A stretch of DNA of 64,000 bases. Source: an uncultured Armatimonadetes bacterium (GTDB taxonomy: Bacteria > Armatimonadota > UBA5829 > DTJY01). The stretch lies in NCBI GenBank assembly GCA_963717145.1, contig OY970325.1, forward strand, positions 5,184,001-5,248,000. Direction: 5' to 3'. The translations under genes were made by a program, and so were the position numbers. Positions 31,801 to 40,306 of the stretch are shown in pieces (positions within the stretch are counted from its first letter, which is position 1; every line of letters begins with the position of its first letter). Below the pieces are notes generated by a model. It saw only the letters and a program-made list of their open reading frames with translations. It was not told the DNA's origin and made no database searches.

Positions 31801-34800
31801 TGCCAATGAGGCGCTGATATGGCCGACGCTCCAGCAGAGTGCGAGCCATGCTGGTATCGGTCCGGGCGGAAGTGGCCCGGCGGTCGCCAATGCCTACCAC
31901 ACGGACGGCACGCACGTCAACGTGTGGTTCGACGAGCACGTGGATGAGGCATCTGCAGAGAACCCGGGCAACTACGCCATCGATAACGGCGTGACTGTCC
32001 AGAGTGCCACGGCCTCCGAGCAGTCTGCCCGAACAGTCGTCACGCTCACTACGTCATCGCTGCCCAATAACCTGCCGATCACCGTGACGGTAACAGGTGT
32101 ATCCGATCTCTGGGGCAATCTCATGAGTACCAACAACCAGGCCTCGTTCCGCACCGGTCCGCTTCAGTTGACCGGTTCGAGTATTATCGAGGGGATCCAA
32201 TCGGAAGTGTTCTTCAACCGGCCTCTTCTGAGCGCGGACGGGAGCAACTTCTGGTACGACGGATGGCAGCAGTGCGCAGGCATATCAGCCAACTTTGGCG
32301 ATGAGACGGTTGTATTACTGACGGGCCCGCCGCTGTATAGAGATGTCTGGGTGACCGGCATTCAGGGCCTGGCAGGCGGCACAGTGGAGGCAGGGGCCTT
32401 CATTGTACCCAGACCTCGTGTGCTTGGTGCAGCCTGGGTTGACAGTGACAGTGTGGACGTCGCATTCGATCCGGCTGAGAATTCCCTCTCCCAGGCGAGC
32501 GTTCTGGAACCCAGCAGCTACTTCATCAACGATGGTCTGCCGGTGACCGCCTGCACACTTGTGGACGAGTACGGGCCGGTTGTGAGACTCACGACTGGTG
32601 TACAGGCTCCGAATCGAAGCTATGTGCTCGGAGTGCCTGGTGCGAGAGGCACGAGTGGGTGTCGATCCTTCGGCGATTGGGTACTGACCTCGTTCAGTAC
32701 GCCGAGCATGAGCAGCAACGCTGCTTCACTGGAGTTCGAGCGATCCTACATACGCCTGCAGGCGAACGGGACGGATAGCGCCACCCTGAAGGTGGTGCTG
32801 AAGGATGTGTACGGGAACCCGGCTGTTACCGCCAATAATCCCGTCACTATCGCCATTACGCAGGGGCAGAACAGCGCCGTCTTGTCGCAGACCACTCCTA
32901 TCACACCTCAGAATGGCGTTGTGACTGTCACGTGCACGGCGACAACCGTGCCGGGTGCGATCGAAGTAACGGCCATGAGCACCGGTCTGCAGACGGTTAC
33001 TCTGCACGGATACGTGACCGGACCTGTTACGGAGGGCTGGCCCTCATTCCTCGGCTTCGATTCTGTCTATTCGTCTCCGGCCATCGCCGATATCGATGGT
33101 GACGGTTCAACTGAGGCGGTCGTCGGCACCCGGGACGGCAGGCTTCTCAGCATCGAGGCTGATGGAACCGTGCTGGAGATCAAGTCCGGTCTGTGCAGCA
33201 TCAGCTACGCTCCGGCAATTGCCAACATGGACTCGGACCCGCAGCCGGAGATCGTGGTTGCCACCGACAGTGACGCCGGCGGGGGGCAGGTCTGGGTCCT
33301 GGACTATGATGGTACTGTGCTTCCCGGCTGGCCGCAGGGAGATGGAGAGCCTACGACCGTTGAGGCCAGCTCGTCACCGGCAGTCGCTGATATCGATGGA
33401 GACGGGTCTCTGGAGATCATCGTAGGGTCCTCCACGATGCAGGTATGGGCATACAACCATGATGGAACAGTGGCGGCAGGTTGGCCACAGAATGCCATGG
33501 ACCCGGTATGCGCTACTCCGGCCATCGGTGACATCGATGGCGATGGCGACCTGGAGGTTGTGGCCGGTGATTACACAGGGTACATCTGGGCATGGAATGG
33601 TGATGGGAGTCCTGTCTCCACATGGCCGTCCGAGCCGCAGTTCGGGCTCGGTTACGCCCTCAGCAGCCCGGCTCTGGCCAACCTCGATGACGATGGCAAG
33701 ATGGAGATCGTCGTCGGTACCTGCCGGCCTGACCACACAGGCTACCTCCTTGCCCTGAACGAAGATGCTTCCTACCTGAGCGGCTGGCCCATCACCATGA
33801 ACACCGGGGTATGTACTTCGCCGGCGATCGGTGACCTCGATGGAGACGGCCTGCTGGACATCGTGGTGGCCGGCATGAACGGCCGAGTGTACGCCGTCAC
33901 TCCATCCGCTGTTCCAGTGACAGGTTGGTCCGCTCCGTATCTGGGAGCTGCTACTCCCTATGATGGTACCTACAGGCAGTCATCACCGGTTCTCGCGGAC
34001 GTAGACGGCGATACCTCGCTCAAGGTTCTGATCGGATGTCAGGATGGCAAGCTCTATGCGTTCAACTCCAACAGTTCTCTCGTAGCCGGATGGCCCAAGG
34101 CGACCGGAGGACCCATGACGTCGACCCCGGCTATCGGCAACCTGGATGGCGACAACTACTGGGACGCGGTTGTCGGATCCGGTGACGGCGGCATCCACAG
34201 GTGGGAGATCGGCCCGGCCGACACCGCATCCACTCCCGCATCCCTATTCCCGTGGACGACGTTCCACGGGGATAACCAGCGCACGGGCGCATTCTGGCAT
34301 ACCGTGGCCAGTCTGCCCAGAATCGGTGACTTGGCCGACTGTGCGGATGGAACCAGGGTGCGTCTTGCCGGCTGCACGGTGAGTCGAGCTTTCGACGCCG
34401 ATCACGTGTTCTACGTCGAATCAGCGGATCGTTCGTCCGGGGTCAGGGTCGCGCCGAAGCCCTGGATGCCTCTGCCTGCACAGGGAGATCAGGTTGACGT
34501 CGTTGGCATCCTTCACACCGGCAGCGGAGTAGAACGGTATGTCGAGGTGCTGTCAATCATGACCACGACGAGTGCCAATGCCATTCCCGAGTCTCTGGGA
34601 ATGAGGAACAACTGGCTGGGCGGAATCAGCTATGGAACTGCATCCGGTATTGCCCAACCCAATCCCCCGAATGGGCCCTGCGATCTCTATAACATCGGCC
34701 TGCTGGTAAACACCTGGGGTGTCGTCACCGCTGTGGAGGACGATTATTTCTACATCGACGATGGCGCTGAGTTGCAGGATGGGAGTAGCAACGTAGGCGT

Positions 34801-35515
34801 CTGTGCGAGGTGCTATGGGTTCGCTCCCCCGTACGACGTCGGCGACTACGTTCATGTGATCGGCATCAGTTCCATGAGTGGGGGGCATCCGCAGCTCCTG
34901 GTCAGCAGCATAGCGGATGTGGATGTGCTCTCAGGCACTGTTGTCCAACTCCAGGTATCTCCAGGGTCTATGCTGATCGGGCTGAATCGGGCGACTATAG
35001 ACCCGGATCCGTCGAGTGTCTTCTCAAGCATTGATAACTGGTCACTGGACGGGAATCTCGTCCGCCGGGATGCATGCACGGGATTGGACGTGTACTATGA
35101 CGCGGAGATGCCTGACGGCTTCGGCTCTGTGCTCATTGGAGAAGGTTACTGGCTGCTCAACCTGGCACAATCGGATACCATTGAGTACCAGGGTGTAGAC
35201 GTATCTGATTCCGATCACTGGCTTAGTCTTCCCAAGACTGGATGGTCGATAGTCTCGCATCCATTCGCCTACAACGTACCTTGGGCAAGCTACCTGGTTA
35301 CCAACGGGAAAGAAACCAAGACATTGACGGCGGCTTCTGGTTACGGGGCAGGTTGGCTGAACTCCTACGGGTACTTCTGGTGCGAGCAGGGAATCTGTGA
35401 TTTCGGTTTGGAGGAGGATTGGGCGTCAGTCCAAGAGTGGTACCCGGGACACGGCTACTGGGTCGAGACTTATGTTGACGGGCTGGCTCTGATCGCGCCG
35501 AGAGTCGATCCATAG
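28844..35515 (+). CDS. Large secreted M6-family (immune inhibitor A-like) metalloprotease with FG-GAP/VCBS repeats, Ig-like domains and C-terminal lineage module
   Basis: FAHELGHQMGLPDLY, WSLMS, HPDAWCKVQLGW, EYFLVENRQ; many ADxDGDGxxEI repeats; TTG 28844 after AAGGAGG. Confidence 0.92.
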   Translation: MLYRTFILICIALLLVCGMTSAANNGSSAEEPLLPDGCVKYVEMDAVIKNGKIKKSHVKSSRDGGIGLQAMLNWTHVCPSTGDPKGIALCVDFSNRPGTQTIQHFNDLFFGTAPGGSLTEFFLEASYGLMDLDGAAQGWYRMPETFSVYESRPDSLASMIVDAVAAADAAGTDFSQFDSDSDGYVDALIIPISVSAGWRGFANHLDPGILVDGVRIGNVQFLPEDKPAVTFAHELGHQMGLPDLYAANPYPGNCAYIGVWSLMSTVSLHGHFSHPDAWCKVQLGWISPSIPSTNLTAVTVPPVETDPVAYKLWNNGNTSGEYFLVENRQKVGFDTQLPGSGLLIYHVLSDTVNVHQFMHVEEADGRFDLTKYYSPDGDGSDPWPGSLGKTSFDPVSDPNSLAWGQYHSSLVHLSAIHTSGSNVIADISVTLDAGTVRPYGMDVTPEGNAQPGTSAPMEDLCLQTTGSVTITGMAIERTGTATDADVPSVDVYDDADRDRILDEGETLIASSNFANGVASITGLSYSITGGGCRHMLAVYNISATAVVGRTLGLRIASGSSITVGGTETVDDLLMPIQSRNLIVSWAFTEVGWPIEHLMNMHGISPIIADVNANGFDDEIAYTWIDPPSIVSPWADWRIRVKSGVDGSSTILDLYLSDIEITHPLVAGDVDGNGRAEIIAVDVGGKLYIWNGRGQMMPGWPQSVFARDLALADLDGDGANEIVAGANEIDEMYGTPIADSGRVSVYRGNGKLLWRRHTGGTMLAPVVGDIDADGDPEVVAVSQEGKVFAWNHDGSAVDSRVWPMQLGSPACAPILADLDGDGSPEIIMAAGGEVHALRADGWSPAGTSWPATVSGSGISGLAAGEVSEEAMQIAATASDGTVYLFGADGTLADGDWPNTLGGGVQGSPIIVDIDQDGLGEILVAAGDKMLYGLDGDGSVSPGWQFPLSSDPGSSTPSAGDVDGDGQIEVLLSDNGRTTYRWEIRRPYANEALIWPTLQQSASHAGIGPGGSGPAVANAYHTDGTHVNVWFDEHVDEASAENPGNYAIDNGVTVQSATASEQSARTVVTLTTSSLPNNLPITVTVTGVSDLWGNLMSTNNQASFRTGPLQLTGSSIIEGIQSEVFFNRPLLSADGSNFWYDGWQQCAGISANFGDETVVLLTGPPLYRDVWVTGIQGLAGGTVEAGAFIVPRPRVLGAAWVDSDSVDVAFDPAENSLSQASVLEPSSYFINDGLPVTACTLVDEYGPVVRLTTGVQAPNRSYVLGVPGARGTSGCRSFGDWVLTSFSTPSMSSNAASLEFERSYIRLQANGTDSATLKVVLKDVYGNPAVTANNPVTIAITQGQNSAVLSQTTPITPQNGVVTVTCTATTVPGAIEVTAMSTGLQTVTLHGYVTGPVTEGWPSFLGFDSVYSSPAIADIDGDGSTEAVVGTRDGRLLSIEADGTVLEIKSGLCSISYAPAIANMDSDPQPEIVVATDSDAGGGQVWVLDYDGTVLPGWPQGDGEPTTVEASSSPAVADIDGDGSLEIIVGSSTMQVWAYNHDGTVAAGWPQNAMDPVCATPAIGDIDGDGDLEVVAGDYTGYIWAWNGDGSPVSTWPSEPQFGLGYALSSPALANLDDDGKMEIVVGTCRPDHTGYLLALNEDASYLSGWPITMNTGVCTSPAIGDLDGDGLLDIVVAGMNGRVYAVTPSAVPVTGWSAPYLGAATPYDGTYRQSSPVLADVDGDTSLKVLIGCQDGKLYAFNSNSSLVAGWPKATGGPMTSTPAIGNLDGDNYWDAVVGSGDGGIHRWEIGPADTASTPASLFPWTTFHGDNQRTGAFWHTVASLPRIGDLADCADGTRVRLAGCTVSRAFDADHVFYVESADRSSGVRVAPKPWMPLPAQGDQVDVVGILHTGSGVERYVEVLSIMTTTSANAIPESLGMRNNWLGGISYGTASGIAQPNPPNGPCDLYNIGLLVNTWGVVTAVEDDYFYIDDGAELQDGSSNVGVCARCYGFAPPYDVGDYVHVIGISSMSGGHPQLLVSSIADVDVLSGTVVQLQVSPGSMLIGLNRATIDPDPSSVFSSIDNWSLDGNLVRRDACTGLDVYYDAEMPDGFGSVLIGEGYWLLNLAQSDTIEYQGVDVSDSDHWLSLPKTGWSIVSHPFAYNVPWASYLVTNGKETKTLTAASGYGAGWLNSYGYFWCEQGICDFGLEEDWASVQEWYPGHGYWVETYVDGLALIAPRVDP

Positions 35516-35550
35516 GCCTGGACCAGGAGTGGATGGGCTAGACCGAATGC

Positions 35551-35587
35551 GGGCAGAGGCACAGCGGAGTTGCCTCTGCCCTTTGTT
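35551..35587 (+). terminator. Probable intrinsic terminator after the M6 gene
   Basis: gggcagaggca/tgcctctgccc 11-bp stem followed by TTTGTT. Confidence 0.6.
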
Positions 35588-35775
35588 ATGTGCTGGGAGT
35601 CAGCGTTACATTGGAGTTCAGACCTCCTGCCTGTCGGGACGCCGCCCGTCGCCTTGCGAGAAGCCCGATAGCGAATGGGGGTATGCCGGGGGATGATTGC
35701 ACGGCGGGCGTGTCGAATCTATCCGTGCGATGCGCTCTGCCACTGACACAGCCGCCGAGGGGGACGCGAGGAGAG

Positions 35776-37746
35776 ATGGGGGGAGGAGAGACGCCGGGAG
35801 GATGCCACGGTCTGTCGCTCAGGGGCGTGATCGTCGGGCTCGTCATGGTGGTCGTGATATGCCTGCTGGTCTCCTACGCCGAACTGGTCACCGCCGTCAT
35901 CCTCGTCGGCTCGCAGCAGATGCCGCCCGCGGTCGTCGCCGTGTTCATGGTGATCGTGCTGATGAACGCGGGATTGAGCCGCCTGAAGAGGAGCCTCGGT
36001 CTCAGTCCCGCCGACCTCGTGACGGTCTACTGCATGATGCTGATCGCCGCCATGATCTCCGCCAGGGGGATCGTCGAGAAGCTGCTGACGATGCTGGTGA
36101 CCGCCAACTACTTCGCCGACCCGACGAACCGCTGGCAGGAGCTGTTCTTCCCGCACATCAAGAAGTGGCTGGTCGCGTTCGATCCCGCCGGCGATCCGAA
36201 GCAGTTCGTGGCCACGCGCTTCTTCGAGGGACTCAGGGCGGGGGAGCATATCCCATGGGGCTTGTGGATCGTCCCGCTCGCGGCGTGGGGAGCGCTCTGC
36301 CTGATGGTGCTCTTCGCATTCCTCTGTCTCGCCTCGATCCTCAGGCGGCAGTGGGTCGATAACGAGAAGCTCCCGTTCCCGCTCGTCCAGCCGTCGCTCG
36401 AACTGATCCGCGACTCGGTCACCGGCGGCTCGGTTCTGCGCAACAAGCCGCTCTGGATCGGGTTCAGCCTGCCGGTCGTGGTGTACGCGATCAACGGACT
36501 GCACAACTGGTATCCCAACCTCCCGATGATGCCGGTCGCGCAGAGCCTCGACTTCTTCACGAGCCCGCCCTGGAACGCCTGGGGTGGGGCGCGGATGTAC
36601 TTCTCCTTCGCGGCGATCGGGTTCTGCTTCCTGCTGCCGATGGAGATGCTCTTCTCGCTCTGGTTCTTCTACATGTTCTCGAAGCTGCAGGCGGTCATCG
36701 CGACGTCGTTCGGCATGGAGATGCAGGGCATGCCGATGTATCCGTGTAGCCAGATGATCGGCTATCAGACCGCGGGCGCATACATCGTGCTGGCGATCTA
36801 CATGCTCTACACCGCGCGTCCGCACCTCAAGCGAGTCCTCCGCGCCGCGATGGGCAGGGAGCAGGTCGATGACTCGCGGGAACTGATGCCGTGTCGGACG
36901 GCGGTCTGGGGGCTCGCGCTCTCCTTCGTGCTGATCGTGGCGTGGTGCTGTCTCGCGGGGATGTCGCTCTGGGTCGCGGTCGGGCTGATGGGCATCTTCA
37001 TCTTCGTGGTGGCGCTCGTGATGACCCGAGCCACCGCCGAGGCGGGCCTATTCATGACGGAGGTGTCGTGGCGGCCGATCGACCTCTATCGGATGTTCGC
37101 GCCGGTCAGCGCGCTCGGTCCGGCGAACATCACGATGCTCACGTTCATGGACGCGGGCTTCATGCGCGATCAGCGGGGACTCGTGCTGACCGGGATCATG
37201 GACGCGCTCAAGATGACGGACAGCGCGAAGATCCGCAGCCGATCGTTCCTTCCCGGCCTGATCGCGGCGATCGTTCTGGCGCTCCTGGTGGCGGGCGCGG
37301 CACACGTCTGGCTGCCATACAAGTTCGCGGGGCTGACGATGTACTGGTATCCGTATCGCGGGAACAACCTGTGGGCGATGTGGGACTACCAGGGGCACAT
37401 CACCGGGATGACGCGCGATCTGGGACGGCAGGCGTCGGCGTTCTTCGGGGTCGGGGTGGTGGTCACGATCCTGCTCTCGTACATGCGGGCGGCGTTCTAC
37501 TGGTGGCCGCTTCATCCACTCGGGTACGCGCTCTGCGGCTCGTGGAGCATGGTCGTCCTGTGGTTCTCATGCGCGTTCGTATGGATCGTGAAGGGCTTCC
37601 TGTTGCGCTACGGGGGGATGCGCATGTATATTAGGGCGAGGCCGGTGTTCATCGGGATGATGCTCGGGGAGTTCTTCATGGCGGCGCTCTGGACGCTCAT
37701 CAGCGCGACGACCGGCGCGCCCGTCCCGGAGTTCCCCTGGCCGTAA
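35776..37746 (+). CDS. DUF6785/DUF6784-type polytopic membrane protein (putative transporter)
   Basis: ILRRQWVDNEKLPFPL, RATAEAG, WWPLHPLGY, LRYGG; ATG 35776 after GAGGAG. Confidence 0.8.
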   Translation: MGGGETPGGCHGLSLRGVIVGLVMVVVICLLVSYAELVTAVILVGSQQMPPAVVAVFMVIVLMNAGLSRLKRSLGLSPADLVTVYCMMLIAAMISARGIVEKLLTMLVTANYFADPTNRWQELFFPHIKKWLVAFDPAGDPKQFVATRFFEGLRAGEHIPWGLWIVPLAAWGALCLMVLFAFLCLASILRRQWVDNEKLPFPLVQPSLELIRDSVTGGSVLRNKPLWIGFSLPVVVYAINGLHNWYPNLPMMPVAQSLDFFTSPPWNAWGGARMYFSFAAIGFCFLLPMEMLFSLWFFYMFSKLQAVIATSFGMEMQGMPMYPCSQMIGYQTAGAYIVLAIYMLYTARPHLKRVLRAAMGREQVDDSRELMPCRTAVWGLALSFVLIVAWCCLAGMSLWVAVGLMGIFIFVVALVMTRATAEAGLFMTEVSWRPIDLYRMFAPVSALGPANITMLTFMDAGFMRDQRGLVLTGIMDALKMTDSAKIRSRSFLPGLIAAIVLALLVAGAAHVWLPYKFAGLTMYWYPYRGNNLWAMWDYQGHITGMTRDLGRQASAFFGVGVVVTILLSYMRAAFYWWPLHPLGYALCGSWSMVVLWFSCAFVWIVKGFLLRYGGMRMYIRARPVFIGMMLGEFFMAALWTLISATTGAPVPEFPWP

Positions 37747-37775
37747 AAAGTAGGGAACGTGCCGCCGTGCCGTTC

Positions 37776-37898
37776 CGCAGCCAAGATGTCCCCCTTACGA
37801 AGGGGGACCGGCCTCTGGGCCGAGGGGGTTTCCGCGTGTGGGTGCGCATACAAACCTCCCCCGGCCTGCTGGCCGGCCCCTCCTTCGTAAGGAGGGGC
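37776..37898 (-). mobile_element. Empty (MITE-like) copy of the DUF559 cassette ends
   Basis: 37784-37831 is the exact reverse complement of 42980-43027, and 37852-37898 of 42505-42551; only 20 nt lie between them. Confidence 0.8.
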
Positions 37899-38052
37899 GC
37901 AGACGGCTTCCGGGCCGAGGGGGTTGCCGCGCGCGGGTCCACGAAACGGAACCGCCAAGACGCCAAGGACGCCAAGCGAACCTCCCCCGGCCTGCTGGCC
38001 GGCCCCTCCTTCGTAAGGAGGGGCGCAGACGGCCTGCTGGCCGAGGAGGTTT
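37899..38052. repeat. Further copies of the cassette-end palindrome plus an ACGCCAAG tandem
   Basis: aacctcccccggcctgctggccggcccctccttcgtaaggaggggcgcagacggc repeated from 37979; ccgccaagacgccaaggacgccaag at 37952-37976. Confidence 0.85.
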
Positions 38053-38056
38053 CAAC

Positions 38057-40207
38057 ATGCGACAGATCGACTACAAGACATATCTCGACAAAGTGTACGG
38101 ATGCTGGATCGGCAAGTGCGTCGCCGGCACGATCGGCGCTCCCTATGAAGGCGCGAAGGAGCTGTTCGACTTCGAGTACGACCCGAAGCTGATCGAGAAG
38201 ATGCTCCCGAACGACGACCTCGACCTCCAGGTGCTCTGGCTGTCCGTCTTGGAAGAGAAAGGGATCGCCTTCACCTCCGACGACCTCGCCGATGCGTTCC
38301 TCAACAGGTGCAAGTACGCGCCCGGGGAGTACGCCTTCTTCAAGAAGAACTATGCCAGAGGCATCCATCCGCCGCTGAGTGGCGCGTACAACAACCGCTA
38401 CTACATCGAGGGAATGGGCTGCCCGATCCGCTCCGAGGTATGGGCCTGCATCGCTCCCGGCAACCCGCAACTCGCCGCCGAACTCGCGGCGAAGGACGGG
38501 GTGCTCGATCACGCGGGGAACTCGGTCTACGCCGAGCAGTTCCTCGCCGCACTCGAGGCCGCCGCGTTCTTCGAGAGCGACATCGGGAAGCTCGTCGAGA
38601 TCGGACTCAGTGTGATCCCCGAGGACTCGAAGATCGCCGGCCTGATCCGCGACGTCCGCGACTGGTGCCAGCTTGTGGGAGACGACTCGGGAGCGACTGT
38701 AGGGGCGTGCCTTGTGCCGCCTGTGACCGTCGACCAGGCGGCACAAGGCACGCCCCTACAGTCGCCTGTGACCGTCGACCAGGCGGCACAAGGCACGCCC
38801 CTACAGTCGCCTGCCGTAAGTGAGGACACCGGCGCTCCGGACTGGCGGTATGTCCGAAGCCAAATCCTGCGGAAGTACGGCCATCCGGACTGCACGAACA
38901 TGTACCAGAACATGGGGATCACGCTCCTGGCGCTCTTCCTGGGAAGGGACTTCCTCGACACGACCATGATGGCGCTCAACTGCGGGTTCGACACCGACTG
39001 CACCTGCGCGACCGCCGGCTCGGTGCTCGGCATCATCCAGGGCGCGGAGTACCTGAGCACGACGCACGAGTTCCCCGAGCAGCGCTTCAAGCTCGGAGTC
39101 GATGCGCCTCGCCGATCCGACCGCGTCCTCGATCTGGCCGAGGATACGTGCCTGATGGGCCTCCATTTCGCCGAGTACTTGAACAGGGATGTGGCGATCA
39201 TTGACGCGCCGAAGCCGCCTCAAATCGAGCGGCCGGAGTACGAAACGGTCAAGGTCTCGATCGATTACCAGGGAGTCCCGGCGATGGGCATCGGTGAGAC
39301 GCGAAAGATCAAGATTCTGTTTGACAACGAGCGCGTCAGCCCAGTCGGGATAGCGGTCTCCCTGACCGTCCCTGATGGCTGGGACGTATCCCCGACCTCC
39401 GCCGATCTGCTTCTCGATCCCGGCGTCAACTCCTGGGAGATCGAGGTGACCGTTCCGGCGGATATTCCGGTGCTGGATGAGCGGAACATGTTCGAGTTGG
39501 GATTCGATTCTTCCGCCGAGAGACCGGAAACCCCTCCCCAGCCCTCCCCGCAACGGAGAGGGAATCGCACTCTCTGCCCCCTCTCCGTTGCGGGGAGGGC
39601 TGGGGAGGGGTTTCCGGCTCGCTACCCATTCGGCATCGTCGGGGCGTCGGTGTGGGAAGTCTTCGGTCCATTCTGGCAGAACATCGGGCTCATCTCAGAG
39701 GGTACCAAGGACGAGATGGCGGATGTCGGCCGGATATACCACCTCAACACGCGCGTCGATCCCGACCGGGAGTACATGACGCTCGACGAGATTCTCGGGC
39801 CGAAGATCACCGGCGACGCGGCGAAGGAAGGGCAGGTCGTCTGCTTCGGCGAGGACCTGATGTCGATGTCGGACGCGGTCGGATTCCAGGGGCCGTGCGC
39901 GGTGTATATGGTGCGGCGGATGATCTCGCCGGAGGACCGAACGCTCGGGGTGCTCGTCGGCCATACGGACGCGTACAAGCTGTGGATCAATGGGGAACTG
40001 ATCAGCCGGCGGGACGACGTCGATTGGTGGACCGCCGAGAACGCGCACATCCACGGGGTGAAGATCAACAAGGGCGAGAACATGATCGTCCTGCAGATGA
40101 TCCGGCGCAGTTCCGAGGCGAAACTGAGCATCCTCTTCGTGAAGCGCGGCTCATGCTCCGAGCACTACTACGACTTCGCGTCGGTGAACCCGCGGCTCAG
40201 GGAGTAA
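38057..40207 (+). CDS. ADP-ribosylglycohydrolase-family protein with C-terminal extension and two repeat-derived inserts
   Basis: YLDKVYGCWIGKCVAGTIGAPYE, PNDDLD, MGCPIRSE, GFDTDCTCATAGS; ATG 38057 after GAGGAGG. Confidence 0.9.
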   Translation: MRQIDYKTYLDKVYGCWIGKCVAGTIGAPYEGAKELFDFEYDPKLIEKMLPNDDLDLQVLWLSVLEEKGIAFTSDDLADAFLNRCKYAPGEYAFFKKNYARGIHPPLSGAYNNRYYIEGMGCPIRSEVWACIAPGNPQLAAELAAKDGVLDHAGNSVYAEQFLAALEAAAFFESDIGKLVEIGLSVIPEDSKIAGLIRDVRDWCQLVGDDSGATVGACLVPPVTVDQAAQGTPLQSPVTVDQAAQGTPLQSPAVSEDTGAPDWRYVRSQILRKYGHPDCTNMYQNMGITLLALFLGRDFLDTTMMALNCGFDTDCTCATAGSVLGIIQGAEYLSTTHEFPEQRFKLGVDAPRRSDRVLDLAEDTCLMGLHFAEYLNRDVAIIDAPKPPQIERPEYETVKVSIDYQGVPAMGIGETRKIKILFDNERVSPVGIAVSLTVPDGWDVSPTSADLLLDPGVNSWEIEVTVPADIPVLDERNMFELGFDSSAERPETPPQPSPQRRGNRTLCPLSVAGRAGEGFPARYPFGIVGASVWEVFGPFWQNIGLISEGTKDEMADVGRIYHLNTRVDPDREYMTLDEILGPKITGDAAKEGQVVCFGEDLMSMSDAVGFQGPCAVYMVRRMISPEDRTLGVLVGHTDAYKLWINGELISRRDDVDWWTAENAHIHGVKINKGENMIVLQMIRRSSEAKLSILFVKRGSCSEHYYDFASVNPRLRE
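38693..38810. repeat. Intragenic GTAG-type REP doublet with 45-bp tandem duplication
   Basis: 31-bp arm 38693-38723 with inverted arms at 38735-38765 and 38780-38810; encodes PVTVDQAAQGTPLQS twice. Confidence 0.92.
39524..39617. repeat. Intragenic 39-bp perfect inverted repeat
   Basis: ccggaaacccctccccagccctccccgcaacggagaggg and its reverse complement, 16-nt loop. Confidence 0.92.
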
Positions 40208-40301
40208 GGGAGTGTGGGAGTATGGGAGTGTGGGGTATGGGAGTGTGGGAGTGTGGGAGTCCGGATCGCCCATACTCCCACACTCCCATACTCCCATACT
40301 C
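40208..40301. repeat. Inverted octamer arrays (GGGAGTRT / AYACTCCC) between convergent genes
   Basis: About 6 forward units, core ccggatcg, about 4 inverted units. Confidence 0.9.
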
Positions 40302-40306
40302 TGCTA

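Noticed and set aside
28490-35560. Prophage or integrative element
   Set aside because: No integrase, transposase, phage genes or tRNA target; only the 72-bp duplication, reported separately.
37838-38056. N-terminal extension of the ADP-ribosylglycohydrolase in the ORF track
   Set aside because: It is translated repeat DNA; the family motif and SD point to ATG 38057.
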